From contig JABVCE010000037.1 of NCBI GenBank assembly GCA_014905635.1, positions 124,001 to 188,000 on the forward strand: a stretch of DNA of 64,000 nt, given 5' to 3'. Shown piece by piece: positions 12,601 to 23,469 of the stretch; positions within the stretch are counted from its first letter, which is position 1, and the number at the start of each line of letters is the position of its first letter. Position numbers and translations under genes: made by a program. The notes beneath the pieces were generated by a model. The model was not told where the DNA came from, did not search any database, and saw only the letters and a list, made by a program, of their open reading frames with translations. Source of the DNA: Scenedesmus sp. PABB004. Taxonomy: Eukaryota.

Positions 12601-14201
12601 CTGGCCGGGCGAGGCGGAGCCGGCGCTCGCAAACATCATCAAGGCGCGGGGGTTTTAGGGTTTAGGGTTAAAACCCTAGGGTTTAGGGCTGACGCGCCGC
12701 CGCCGCACGGCAGGCCGCGCCGCCGCCGCCGCGCAGCCGCGCCGCGCGCGCGAGCCCGCCCGCCCGCCCCGAGCCCGCCCGCCCGCCCGCACGCGCATGC
12801 GCTCGCTCGCGCAGGTCGTGCACTTTGGCTGGCACCACCCGGGGCAGGCCATGCCCGAGGGCTGGACCGCGCCGCTCCCCAACAAGGTGCGGCGCCCCGC
12901 GGCCGGCGTCCGGCGGCAGCCCGCCCCTGCGCCCGCGCGGCGCCGCCGGCCTCGCGCTCGCACCGCGCTCGCGCTCGCGCCGCGCCCGGCCCCGACCCCG
13001 CGCGCACGCCCCGCACGCGCGCGCGCGCGCGCAGCACTGGGGCTGCTTCCACCCGTCGCGTGACATCGTGGCCACGCCCTACTTTCTGGGCCAGGCCGAG
13101 ACTGCCGCCGCCGCGCACGGCCTGGGCGGCGCCAAGCCCGCGTTTGTGCCAGAGAGCGTGCCGCCCCGCCTGCTCTTCTTTGCGGGTGTGCGGCGCCCGC
13201 CGCCGCCGCCGCCGCCGTCGCCGGCCGCGCCGCTGCCGCCCCTGGCCCCCGCCGCCGCCGCCGCTGGCGCCGCGCCGCGCCCCGCGCCTCCCGCCGCCGC
13301 CGCCGCTCGCGCCGCCGCCGCCGCTCACGCCGCGCCGCGCCGGCCGGCGCAGGCGGCATCCGGCACGGCGAGCCGGACTACTCCAACGGCGTGCGCCAGG
13401 CGCTGCACACCATGTTTGGCAAGGGGCAGCACCCCAACGTCACCATCCACGAGGGCGGCCTCCCGGACTATGTGGTGCGCCGCAGCGGCGCCCCCCCCCC
13501 CCCTCCAATTCCACCCACACACACTCCCACACACACACCTTCACACTCCACACACACATCTTCACACTCCACCCCCCTCCCCCAACACACACACACACGC
13601 ACAGGGCATGATCCGGTCGTCCAAGTTCTGCGTCGCCCCGAGCGGGCACGGCTGGGGCATCCGCCTCGCGCAGTACATGCTGCTCGGCTGCGTGCCCGTC
13701 ATCATTCAGGCACGCAGACCGCTGGCGCTGCTGTCCACCCGCGCACCCGCGCACCTGCGCACCTGCGCGCGCCCAGGCCGAGCTGCCGTCGCCGCCGCTG
13801 CCGCCGCGCCGCGCGCCTGACCGTCGCTGACCGTGCTGTGCGTGCTGTGTCCTGCGCGCGCCCCGCAGGACGGCACGTACCAGGCGTGGGAGGACCTGCT
13901 GCCGTACAGCGAGTTCAGCATCCGCTTCCCCGCGAGCCGCCTGCCCCACATCGCGGACCTGCTGGCCGCGGTGCCCGACGCCGACGTCGCGGCGCTGCGC
14001 GCGGGCGTGGCCAAGTACTGGCGCGCGTTTGTGTGGCCCGCGCCGGCGCGGGGCCCCGCGGCGCCGGACGTGCGGGGGCTGGCGTACGACTACATGATTG
14101 CCAGCCTCGCCGCGCGGCTGCAGCGCCTCAACGCGCGGCACTTCCACCCGCTGCTGCCGCGCCCGCGCGTCGTCGGCGGCCGCGGCGGGCGGCGGCGCTG
14201 A
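9675..14201 (+). CDS. Exostosin-family glycosyltransferase (GT47) with N-terminal EGF-like domains; apparent 1-nt frameshift after the signal peptide
   Basis: Signal peptide MRRRPLLLRLLLAAALLL; EGF-like CPAGCEANGNC..CECAIGWGGPAC; LRVYVYDLPW, RTDNPWEANMFYIP, DHFMWLTNDRGAC, SKFCVAPSGHGWGIRL..GCVPVIIQ; about 15 exons. Confidence 0.88.
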
Positions 14202-14416
14202 GGGCGCGCGCGTGCGGCGGCGGCGCCTCCTGGCCGCGGGCCGGCGCGCGGCGGGGCTTGTGGGCGGGGCTTGTGCGCAGTGAACCGCAGCCTCCTGCGC
14301 CGCGGCCGCCGGTCCTTCACGCCCTCGCGTCCCGCTGGCAGCAGCCCGCCACCTCCACGCCGCCCGCGCGCCGCGCCGCCGCGGCCAACCGCCGCTGCTC
14401 GCACTCCCGCTGCTGG

Positions 14417-14803
14417 ATGCCCGCCCAGCGCGCCGCGTGGACCACGCCCTCAAAGGTGCGGCCGCACCGCCGGCCCCGAGCGCCCGAGCGCCGCCCGGCA
14501 GCGGCCGGGCACGGGCGGTGCCGCTGGCGCCCGCGCGCCGCTGCTGCCCGCAGGCGCCCGCGCCGCAGCAGCCTGAGCGCCCCGCGGCCCCCGCAGGCGC
14601 TCGCCGCTGCCGCCCTGATCGGCTTCGCGCTGTCCCGCCTGCTGCCTGCACGGCATCTGGAGCATCAGCAGCATCAGCAGCATCAGCAGCAGCGCGCGGA
14701 CGGCCCGGCGGCGCTGATCGCGGCGCTCGACGCCGAGGCGGCGCGCAGCACCGCGCGCTACTGGTCGGGCGAGGAGGAGGAGCGGGAGCAGCAGCAGCAG
14801 TAG
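14417..14803 (+). CDS. Small (~81 aa) predicted single-pass membrane protein, 2 exons, directly upstream of SAC1
   Basis: ATG 14417, AAG|GTGCGG donor 14456, acceptor CCGCAG 14596; MPAQRAAWTTPSK|ALAAAALIGFALSRLLPARHLEHQQ...AARSTARYWSGEEEEREQQQQ*. Confidence 0.6.
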   Translation: MPAQRAAWTTPSKVRPHRRPRAPERRPAAAGHGRCRWRPRAAAARRRPRRSSLSAPRPPQALAAAALIGFALSRLLPARHLEHQQHQQHQQQRADGPAALIAALDAEAARSTARYWSGEEEEREQQQQ

Positions 14804-14818
14804 GTCCACGCCCCGGCC

Positions 14819-16297
14819 ATGGCGGCGGCGCTCGACGGCGGCGCGGCCGCGCCGCGCACGCACGAGGTGCTGCGCCTGCTCGTCTCTGGCGACGCCGTCG
14901 CGGTGCAGCCCGCCGGCAGCGCCGGCGGCGACGTGGAGACGCTGTCGGTGGACCTCGCGTCCGGCGCGGTCGCGGTGTCGCGCGCGCCGGCGCTGGGCAG
15001 GGGCGGCGAGGAGGTGCTCGCGCTCGTCGGCGCGTTTGTCTTCAAGGCCGGCACCGTCCTCGCGGCCATCACGCGCGCGGAGCAGGCGCGTGGGCGCCGC
15101 CGCCGCACCAGCACGGCGCCGCAGAGCACAGCTGACCCGCGCCTGCACGCGCCCGCACGCGCCCGCACGCGCAGGTGGCGGTGCTGTACGGGCAGCCGGT
15201 CTTCCGCGTCGCCGCGACGCGCCTCATCACGCCCGCGGCGCCGTTTGACGCCGGCGAGCGCCGGTGCGCGCCGCGCTGCGCACCGCACCGCGCGTGCCGC
15301 GCGCGGGGGCCCCGCGCGCCGCGCGCGCCCGGCTCCGCCGCCAGCGCGGCCCACCCCGCGCCGCCCGCGCGCCCGCGGCGCCCCTGCTGCACCCCCCTGC
15401 CAGGCTGCTGTCGTACCTGTCGGACGCGCTCAACCCGGTGGGCAGCGGGCGGGGCCTGTACTTTGCATACCACCTGGACCTCACCCTCAGCGCGCAGGTG
15501 GGGCTCAGGGTCAGGGCCTGCGCGGGGTGCAGGGCCCCGGGTTCTGACCTGCCCTAGGCTCAGGGCTCAGAGGGCCGGGGGCGCGGGAGAGAGCCCGTGC
15601 GCGGCGGGGCGGCGGGCGAGCAGGCGCACGCGCACGCGCGCCGCCGCCGCCGCCGAGCGCGCCGCGACCGCGCCGCTCCCCGCCCCCGCGCGCAGGCGCT
15701 GGCGGACGTGTTGTCGAGCCCCGCGGGCGCAGGCCGCAGCATCGCGGGCCGCGCCGACCGGCGGTTCTTTTGGAACCGCGTCATGGCCGCGCCGCTCCTG
15801 GGTGCGGCGCGCGGCGCGGCGCGCGTGCTGCTGCTGCTGCGGCGGCGGCGCCCGCCGCCTGGGCGCCCTCTCTCCCGGCCCCCCTCTCGCGACCCGCCCC
15901 GCCCCACCCACGCTTGACCCACGCACGCGCGCTGACCCACGCACGCACGCGCGCTGACCCACGCACGCACGCGCGCTGACCCACGCACGCACGCGCGCTG
16001 ACCCACGCACGCGCCGCCCGCGTCCGTCCGCGCGCAGAGGCGGGGGGCGACGCCTTTGTGCTGCCGATGATTGTCGGCAGCGTGGGCCAGCTGCCCGGCG
16101 TCGAGGCGGCCGCGCACGGCGCGGCGGTGACGCTGACCGTGACGCTCATCGCCCGCCGCGCGCTCGACCGCGCGGGCACGCGCCACTGGCGCCGCGGCGC
16201 CGACGCGCAGGCGCGCCGCCGCGCCGCCGCGCCGCCGGCTGGCCGCGGCAGCCCCTCCCTCCCCGTTCCCACACGCTCGCCCACCCCCCCCCCCCCC

Positions 16298-16330
<33 letters not shown>

Positions 16331-18766
16331 CCCCCCCCACCCCCCCCCCACACCCCCCCCCACACACACCCACACCCACCCACCCAACCCACCCGCCACA
16401 CACGCACACACCACACGCCCACCCCGCACACACCACACCGCAGGGCCACGCGGCCAACTTTGTTGAGAGCGAGCAGCTCATCACCCTCGACGGCGGCCGC
16501 GTCGTCGCGAGCTACGTGCAGGCACGACGCGACACGCCGCCGCGCCGCGCGTCACGCGCCGCGCCGCGCGCGCACGCGCGCTCAGCCCGCCCGCGCTCAC
16601 CCCTCGCGCCGCGCCGCGCATGCGCACACGCTCGCGGTGCGCCCCTCCAGGTGCGCGGCAGCATCCCGCTGCTGTGGAGCCAGACGCCCAACATCCGGTA
16701 CAAGCCGACCACGCGCCTGGTCGACGGCCCGCCCAGCGCGGCCGCGTTTGACGCGCACGCCGACACCCTGCTGGCGCGCTACAAGGTGACGCCGCGCGCG
16801 GGGGCGCGAGGGCGCGGCGGCGCGCGCGCGAGGGCGCGGCGGCTCAAACGGGGGCGGCCTCGGCAGGGTCGCCTGGCGGTGGCCCCCGCTGCTCCCACAT
16901 CCGCACGCCCCCCCCCCGCACGCCCCGCCCCCGCACGCACCCACGCGCTCCCGCACGCCCCCGCACCCCCCCCCCTGGGCGGGCGCAGGGCGTGGCGTGC
17001 ATCAACCTGGTCAACCAGCACGGCAGCGAGGGCGCGCTCGAGGCCGCGTTTGCGGCGCAGGCGCGGCGCTACGCGAGCGGCGTGAGCGCGGCGCTCACGT
17101 ACACGGCCTTTGACTTCCACCAAGAGTGCGGCGCCACAAACTACGGCCGGTGCGTGCGCGGGGCACACAAGATCAGCTCAAATTCAAGTTCAACTTCGTA
17201 GCCTCGCCGCGAGCCCGGGCGGCCTCGCCGCGGCCGCGCCGCGCGCTCACAAAACACACAAACCTGCCGCGCCGGCCGCGCTGCGCAGGCTGTCGGTCCT
17301 GTGGGGCAAGGTGCAGCCCGAGTTTGCGCGCTTCGGCCAGTTTGTGGCGGGCACGCCCACCACGCGCCGCCAGGTGCGCGCGCCGCGCCGCCCTGCCGCC
17401 CGCGCCGCGCCGCGCCGCCCGCGCCGCCCTGCCGCCGCCCTGCCGCCGCCCGCGGCCTGCCCCTCCCCGCCCCGGCGCGGCCGCCGCCGCCGCCCGCGGC
17501 CTGCCCCTCCCCGCCCCGGCGCGGCCGCCGCCGCCGCCGCGGGCGCGCTCGATCCCCTCAACCCTTTCAACCCCGGGCGCTGAGCCCCCATCCGCATCAC
17601 GCCGCCCCGACACCCTCGCCCCGCGCAGGAGGGCGTGTTCCGCACCAACTGCATCGACTGCCTCGACCGCACCAACGTGGTGCAGGGCCTCCTCGCGCGC
17701 CACGCGCTCGAGGGCCTGCTGGCGACGCTCGGCGTGCTCGCGCCGGGGGAGGCGCTCGGGGACGCGCTGCCAGAGGTGACCGGGCGCGGCAGACTGCGGC
17801 CGGCGCACGGCGCGGCGCCGCCCGCGCGCGCCCGGCACGGCGGCGCCGGGCGGCCCGCTCGCCACGCCCCGCCACGCCCTGCCCTTCCACACCAACACAC
17901 ACCCACCCACTCTCCCTCCCTCCCTCTCCTTCCCTCTCCCTCCCTCCCTCTCACCCCCTCTCACCCCCCCCCCCACGCGCACACACACGCACGCACACCC
18001 ACCCACTCGCCAGCTGGAGCGGGCGTACAAGGGCCTCTGGGCGGACCACGGCGACGCGATCTCGCGCCAGTACGCCGGCACGGGCGCGCTCAAGAGCGGC
18101 TTCACGCGCACCGGGCGCCGCACCTGGGGCGGCCTCGCCGACGACGGCGCCAAGAGCGTGGCGCGGTACTACCTGAACAACTTCCAGGTACTATTACTAT
18201 TCATTATTATTTATTGTAGGGCCCCCGCGCACCGCATTCCTTGTTTGTGTCATGTTGTTTTGTTTGGGTTGGGTTGGCGGTGTTTTCGGACGCAGTCGGG
18301 GTGAGGGTGAGGGCGACGGGCGCAGGGCCGGCGTCGGCGCCGCCCCCGCGAGCGCCCACGCGCCCACCGCCGCCGCGCCTGCGCCCGCGCCGCCGCGCGT
18401 CAGGACGGGCACAAGCAGGACGCGCTGGACCTGATCAGCGGCGCGTACCGCGTCAAGCGCGACGTGCGGCTGCGCTTCCAGCGCCAGGCCAGCCCGCTGC
18501 TGCCCATCCTCGCCGCGCTCGCCGCGCTCGGCTACGCGCTCGCGTCGCTGCGCGCCGCGGCGGACGGCCGCCTCGGCGCGCCGCCCCGCGGCGGCGGCGG
18601 CGGCGGCCTGGCCGCGCTCGGCGCGCATGTCGCCGCGCCGCTGCTGCTCGCGGTGGGGCTGCTCGCGCTCGTGCGGCGCCACGGCCCCGCGCTCGTGGAC
18701 CGCCCGCAGCTGTGCCCCGCGCTCGCCCAGACGGCGGCGGTGGCGGCGGCGGCGGCGGCAAAGTGA
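14819..18766 (+). CDS. SAC1: SAC1-family phosphoinositide phosphatase with C-terminal TM segments
   Basis: [54 protein letters not shown], catalytic [41 protein letters not shown]; two hydrophobic C-terminal stretches. Confidence 0.95.
15915..16012. repeat. Intronic ~22-bp tandem repeat (GCTGACCCACGCACGCACGCGC)
   Basis: 4-5 copies upstream of a SAC1 acceptor; each carries a CTGAC branch-point-like motif. Confidence 0.85.
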
Positions 18767-18848
18767 GGGCGCGTGGGTGGGCCCACGTGGGGCCCGCCGC
18801 GCGCACGCGCGACGGCGGCGACGCGGACGCGACGAGCTCGGGGGGGAC

Positions 18849-18862
18849 TGTAATCAATTGCA
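18849..18862. terminator. Adjacent convergent polyadenylation signals: TGTAA (+, SAC1) and TGCAA (-, next gene)
   Basis: Sequence CTGTAATCAATTGCAC lies between stops at 18766 (+) and 18895 (-); TGTAA is the known chlorophyte poly(A) signal, TGCAA is inferred as a variant. Confidence 0.55.
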
Positions 18863-18894
18863 CGGCGCCGACCCCGGGCCTCGCGGTCGCCGCT

Positions 18895-19755
18895 TCAGCC
18901 CGGCCGCTGCGGCGGCGGCGGCGCGTCCGCGCGCTGCAGCTGCAGCGCCTGCGCCTGCTGCCGCGCCGCCTCCGCCGCGCGCTGCTGCTGCGCCGCCCAT
19001 TGCTGCTGCGCCGCCGCCGCCGCCGCGGGGTGCACGGCGCGTTCGCCAATGACATCCCCAGGAGCTGGCGATGAGCCTGGCAAGAGCGCTCTCTGCTGCT
19101 CGGCGTGCGGCTCCACGCGGCGGGCCTGCTCCTGCAGCGCCGCCGCGCGCGCCGCCTGCTCCTGCAGCGCCGCCGCGCGCGCCGCCTGCTCCTGCCGCGC
19201 CGCCGCGAGCGCCGCCTGCTCCTGCAGCGCCGCTGCGCGCGCCGCCTGCTCCTGCTGCGCCGCGCGCGCCGCCTGCTCCTGCAGCGCCGCCGTGCGCGCC
19301 GCCTGCCCTGCCTCAATCTGGGCGAGTTCGCTGAGCCGCACCACGGCCACGCAGTCGCGCTGCAGGCGCTCCACGCCTGCGCCGTGCGCAGCGCGGCCCG
19401 TTGGGGCGCGGCGGGCGCGGCGCCGGCGCTGGCACACGTGGCGCGGCGCGGCGCGGCGGCGGCTGGCACCCCCCCCCCCCCACCACACACACACACACCT
19501 GACATGAGCGCCGTGACCAGGTGCACGTTCGGGGGCGTGCCCGCCGGCGTGCTCACGAGCTGCGGCAGCGGCGGCGGCGGGCGCGCCCGTGTCGGCGGAG
19601 GCAGCTGCCGCCCGCGGCCCACGGCCCGCGCCGCCCCGGCGCCGGCGCCGCACCGCGTCTACCGCAGTTGACAGGCCCATCGCGACGCGCTCGATGTCGA
19701 TCCAGGACTCGGTGAGGCCGCCGGTGGCAGCAGGGCTCGGGCGCGGCTGCGCCAT
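18895..19755 (-). CDS. Hypothetical coiled-coil protein with 10-aa repeats (QEQAARAAAL), about 3 exons
   Basis: ATG 19755 MAQPRPSPAATGGLTESWIDIERV..; 30-bp coding repeats at ~19125-19290. Confidence 0.6.
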   Translation of the reverse strand: MAQPRPSPAATGGLTESWIDIERVAMGLSTAVDAVRRRRRGGAGRGPRAAAASADTGAPAAAAAAAREHAGGHAPERAPGHGAHVRCVCVWWGGGGASRRRAAPRHVCQRRRRARRAPTGRAAHGAGVERLQRDCVAVVRLSELAQIEAGQAARTAALQEQAARAAQQEQAARAAALQEQAALAAARQEQAARAAALQEQAARAAALQEQARRVEPHAEQQRALLPGSSPAPGDVIGERAVHPAAAAAAQQQWAAQQQRAAEAARQQAQALQLQRADAPPPPQRPG

Positions 19756-20197
19756 GCGCCGCGCGCCGGAGCAGCAGCAGCAGCGCCGCTCGGGCGGCTG
19801 CCGCGCGGGTGGCCCGCGCAGAGGGCGGGGGGCGGGGTCGTCAGGGGCCCTCCCAGGCCTCACCCCCGTGGGCGCGCAGGCAGCGGGCGGGTCGCCGGGC
19901 CGGCGGCAGCAGCGGCGACGGCGGCGGCAGCGGCAGCGGCGGAAAGCGGCGACAGCGGGCGAGGCCGGCGGGGCATGCGACTGGTTGGTTGCTGCGTGTG
20001 CGGCGGCGGCCGTGCGCACCCATGCGCGGAGCTTCGTGGGACGCGCGTCAGTTATGCGCGGCGACGGGGCGCGGTGCAGCGCGCGCGCAGCGACCCCGGC
20101 GCGCGCCGCCGCGTGCGCACACACTCGCGCCCGCCGCCCCGCTCGCACGTGTGTCCCCCCGTCCCCGCACGCCGCCCGCAGCGCCTCGACGCAAAAA

Positions 20198-20949
20198 ATG
20201 CTGCTCGCACTCGCTTCGCGCCCCGCCGCGCCCGGCGCGGCGCTGCGCCTGCTGCGCGCCGTCTCCACCGGCTCCAGTGGCGTGACCCAGGCCCCCGCGG
20301 GTGCGAGGCGCGCGGGGCGTGCGCGGCAGCGCGCGCGCGTGTTGGAGATGAAAAGGTTCCCTCGCGCCGATGCCGCGTAACGCCGCGCCCCTGGGCGCGT
20401 CGCGGCGTCGCGGGCGGCTTAGGGCGACGCCAATGGGCTCGCCTGGCGCGCGAACGGAGCGCCGCGCCGCGCGCCGCCGAGCTGAGGTGGCGGCTGTTTG
20501 CCACCCGCCGACGCGCCGCGCGCCGCCTCCCGCCCTCCCGCCGCAGGCGCGCCCACCTACACCTACACGCCGCCGGGGAGCAGCGTGCAGGACCCCAGCT
20601 ACGGCGGCGCTGCGGGCGCCCTGGGCGAGCACGGGGGCCTGGGCGAGCACAAGACCGTGCGCCCGTCCAAGCGCGCGCAGTGGCTCAAGGTGGGCGAGCC
20701 GCCGCGCCCGCGCGCCCGCCTGCGCGCCGAGAGCGCGCCCGCGCGGCGCCGCCGCGCACGCGCGCCCACCGCGCGCCCACCGCGCGCCCACCACGCGCCG
20801 CCGCCGCTGGCGCGCAGGTGACGACGCGCAAGCACGCGTCGCCGCTCGAGCCGCAGGGCAGCGGCGCCGGGCTGCTGCCGCCGGGGTGCAGCATGAGCGA
20901 CCCGCACTACTCTGTGGCCGACCCCGTGTACTTCATGGACAAGCAGTGA
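20198..20949 (+). CDS. Small hypothetical protein with a mitochondrial-type presequence, 3 exons
   Basis: AAAAAATG context; MLLALASRPAAPGAALRLLRAVSTG..|APTYTYTPPGSSVQDP..QWLK|VTTRKH..YFMDKQ*; TGTAA at 21379. Confidence 0.65.
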
Positions 20950-21751
20950 TGCGAGCCAGCTCACCTGCTTGGTGAGCGAGTCCATGGGGCCGGCCATGTG
21001 CTCCGCCATGGACCGTCCATGCACCACGCCATGGACAAGCAAGCAGTGACGAGGACCGCCGTTCGCGAGTCATGGTCGCCCGTGGGCCGGTCCATCAACC
21101 GTGAGCTGTGCGCTGCGCTGCGGACGGCGGCCGCGGCGCGGCGCAGGGCTGCAGGGCTGCAGGGTGCGGCGCGGCGCAGGAGCTGCCCGCGTTTTGGCGG
21201 CGCGCCGTGCAGCCGTGTATAATTGCCGCGCGCGCGGCGGGCGGGTGGGCGGGCGCGGGCGGCGAGAGCGCGTGTGTGTGCCTTGGGTCGGCTGCCCCGC
21301 AGCAGCGGTTGCGTTGCACGGGGGTCTGCGAGTCGCGGCGCTGCCTGGTTTTTGGCAGGGCGCAGGTGGGCCGCTTTTTGTAACACCAGCTTGAGAGGGA
21401 GGCCGCACGTGCCGGCAGCTGGAGGTGGAGCAGCACCGGCCGCGCGGCGTCAGCCAGCCGCAGCGCGGCGTGCACCCTGACGCGGCGGCGTTTCATCGAC
21501 GCGCGTGAGCCGGGCAGTCGCCGCGCGTGGCTATGGCTTCCCACCGCCGCCACCGGCCCCCACAGTCCCTCGCCGCCGGCCGCGCCCGCCACGGCGCTGC
21601 GGCCAGCGCTCGCTTGCGCGCCCCGGCCTGCTCCCAGTCCCAAAAGCCGCGCTCTCTGCGCCCGAAGGTGCAGAAGGTTGCCCTAGACAGCCGTGCCCCG
21701 CGCCAGCGCCCCCCGTCCTCGCGCCCGAGCGCAGCAGCGGCGGCAGCGGAG

Positions 21752-23156
21752 ATGCAGCGCTCGCTCGGTCGGCCGTGCGCGCGGCCAGTCGCGGCGCCGC
21801 GTCCTGGTTGCCCTGGTCGGCCTGGTCTGCTGCGCGTCAGCTGCACAGGTGTGGCCGCCGCCGCCTTGGCCCCGCTGGCGCGGCCGCTGCTGCTCAGGCT
21901 GCCGCTGACGCTGCGCGGGGTCGGGCGCCCGCTTGACTGGCACGTCGTCCGAGCGCGACGACTCGATGTCACCGGCGGCAGCAGCGGCAGCAGCGAGGCG
22001 GCCCGCCCAGCGGCAGGGCCCCGGCTTGCTCACAGCCGCGCCGTCGCGCCGCCGCCCGCCCGCAGCCTCCGCCGACGCGCAGGCGGCGCAGGCTGCGCAG
22101 GCGACGCAATGGCTGCAGCGGACCATCTCGCTCCCGCAGCACCGCCGCGGCTGCCACGTCATCACGCGCAAACTGCTGTCCGAGCTCCCCGAGCTTGCAG
22201 AGTTTGAGGTCGGGCTCGCCAACATTACCAGTGAGCGCCGCGCCCGCCCGGCAAGAGCAGTGGCGGCCGCGCACCACCCTGCAGCAGCGGCCCGCGCCGC
22301 CGCGCCGCCGCCGGCCCCGTCCCCGCCGCCCGGCGCCGGCGGCCGTGCGCCGACGCGACGCGCCCCCCGCCGCGGCGCAGTCCTGCACACGAGCGCGTCG
22401 CTGACGGTGAATGAGAACGCCAGCCCCGATGTGCCGCTGGATCTCAACGTGAGCCCCGAGGGCAGCGCGGGGGCCGCAGCACGGGCAGGCGCGGGCGGGC
22501 CGCCGCCGCCGCAGCCGCCACCGCGCGGCGGCCGCGCGGCGCCCGTGCCCCTCGCCCGCCCACGCGCGCGCGGCGGGCGCGGCGCCGCGCTGCCAGGACG
22601 CGTTGGACCGGCTCGCGCCGGAGGGCCCGGGTTACCGCCACGACGACGAGGGGAGCGACGACATGCCCGCTCACGTCAAGGCGCGGCGCGCCCGCGCGCG
22701 GGCGCCCGCCCTGCCGCGCCGTGCCGGCCAGGCTTTGGCCTGCCGCCGGGGCGCGTCGGCGCGCCCTGCCCTCCCCGCCTCACCGCCGCTCGCACACTCA
22801 CCGCGTGCGCCGCCGCTGCCCCACACGCAGAGCTCGCTCATGGGTCCCTCGCTCACGCTGCCCGTGTCGCGCGGCCGCCTGGCGCTGGGGACATGGCAAG
22901 GGATCTATTTGAATGAGCACCGGTGAGCACATGGCAAGGGATCTATTCGGGCAACGGCGCTGCCGGCCGGCGGGGCGGCAGAGCAGCACGGCTGGCCGGC
23001 GGCGCGCGCGCGGAGGGACGCGCGCCAGACACACACGCGCGTGCTGCCGCCGCCGCTGCCGCCGCGCGCAGCAACCAGGGCGGGCCGCGGGACATCGTGG
23101 TGACGGTGCAGGGCCTCAAGCGCGCCGACGGGCGGCGCTACGGGGAGTACCGGTGA
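21752..23156 (+). CDS. UPF0047/YjbQ-family protein (secondary thiamine-phosphate synthase-like) with transit peptide, 6 exons
   Basis: WLQRTISLP..RRGCHVIT, HTSASLTVNENASPDV, YRHDDEGSDDMPAHVKSSLMG, LALGTWQGIYLNEHR; TGTAA at 23221. Confidence 0.92.
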
Positions 23157-23469
23157 CCGCGGCGCGCCGGCGGCGGGGCAGGGACAGGCCGCGCGGCCTG
23201 TCGACCCGCGCGCGGGTTGGTGTAATGCATGCTCGCGCTGCGAGCGCCGGTACCGGTGCGAGCTGCTGGACCGATCGCGGAGCGCAGCCCCGCCCCCTGG
23301 CGGCGCGCGCGCACGAGCCGCCGCCGGGCCGGTTGCACCAGCGCCGCGCGCCGCCCGGCCCGGCCGCGCCCGACGCGCGCGCGCCCACGCGAGCGCCGCG
23401 CTCGGCCTCCACACTGCCCGAGCCTCCTCCACCCTATCGCCTGAGCAAGCCTCCTCCCTGCTGCTCCTC

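Noticed and set aside
20947..21100. Selenocysteine readthrough (TGA-TGC) with a SECIS element
   Set aside because: No convincing AUGA..AA..GA SECIS core with correct spacing; the downstream frame is not protein-like.
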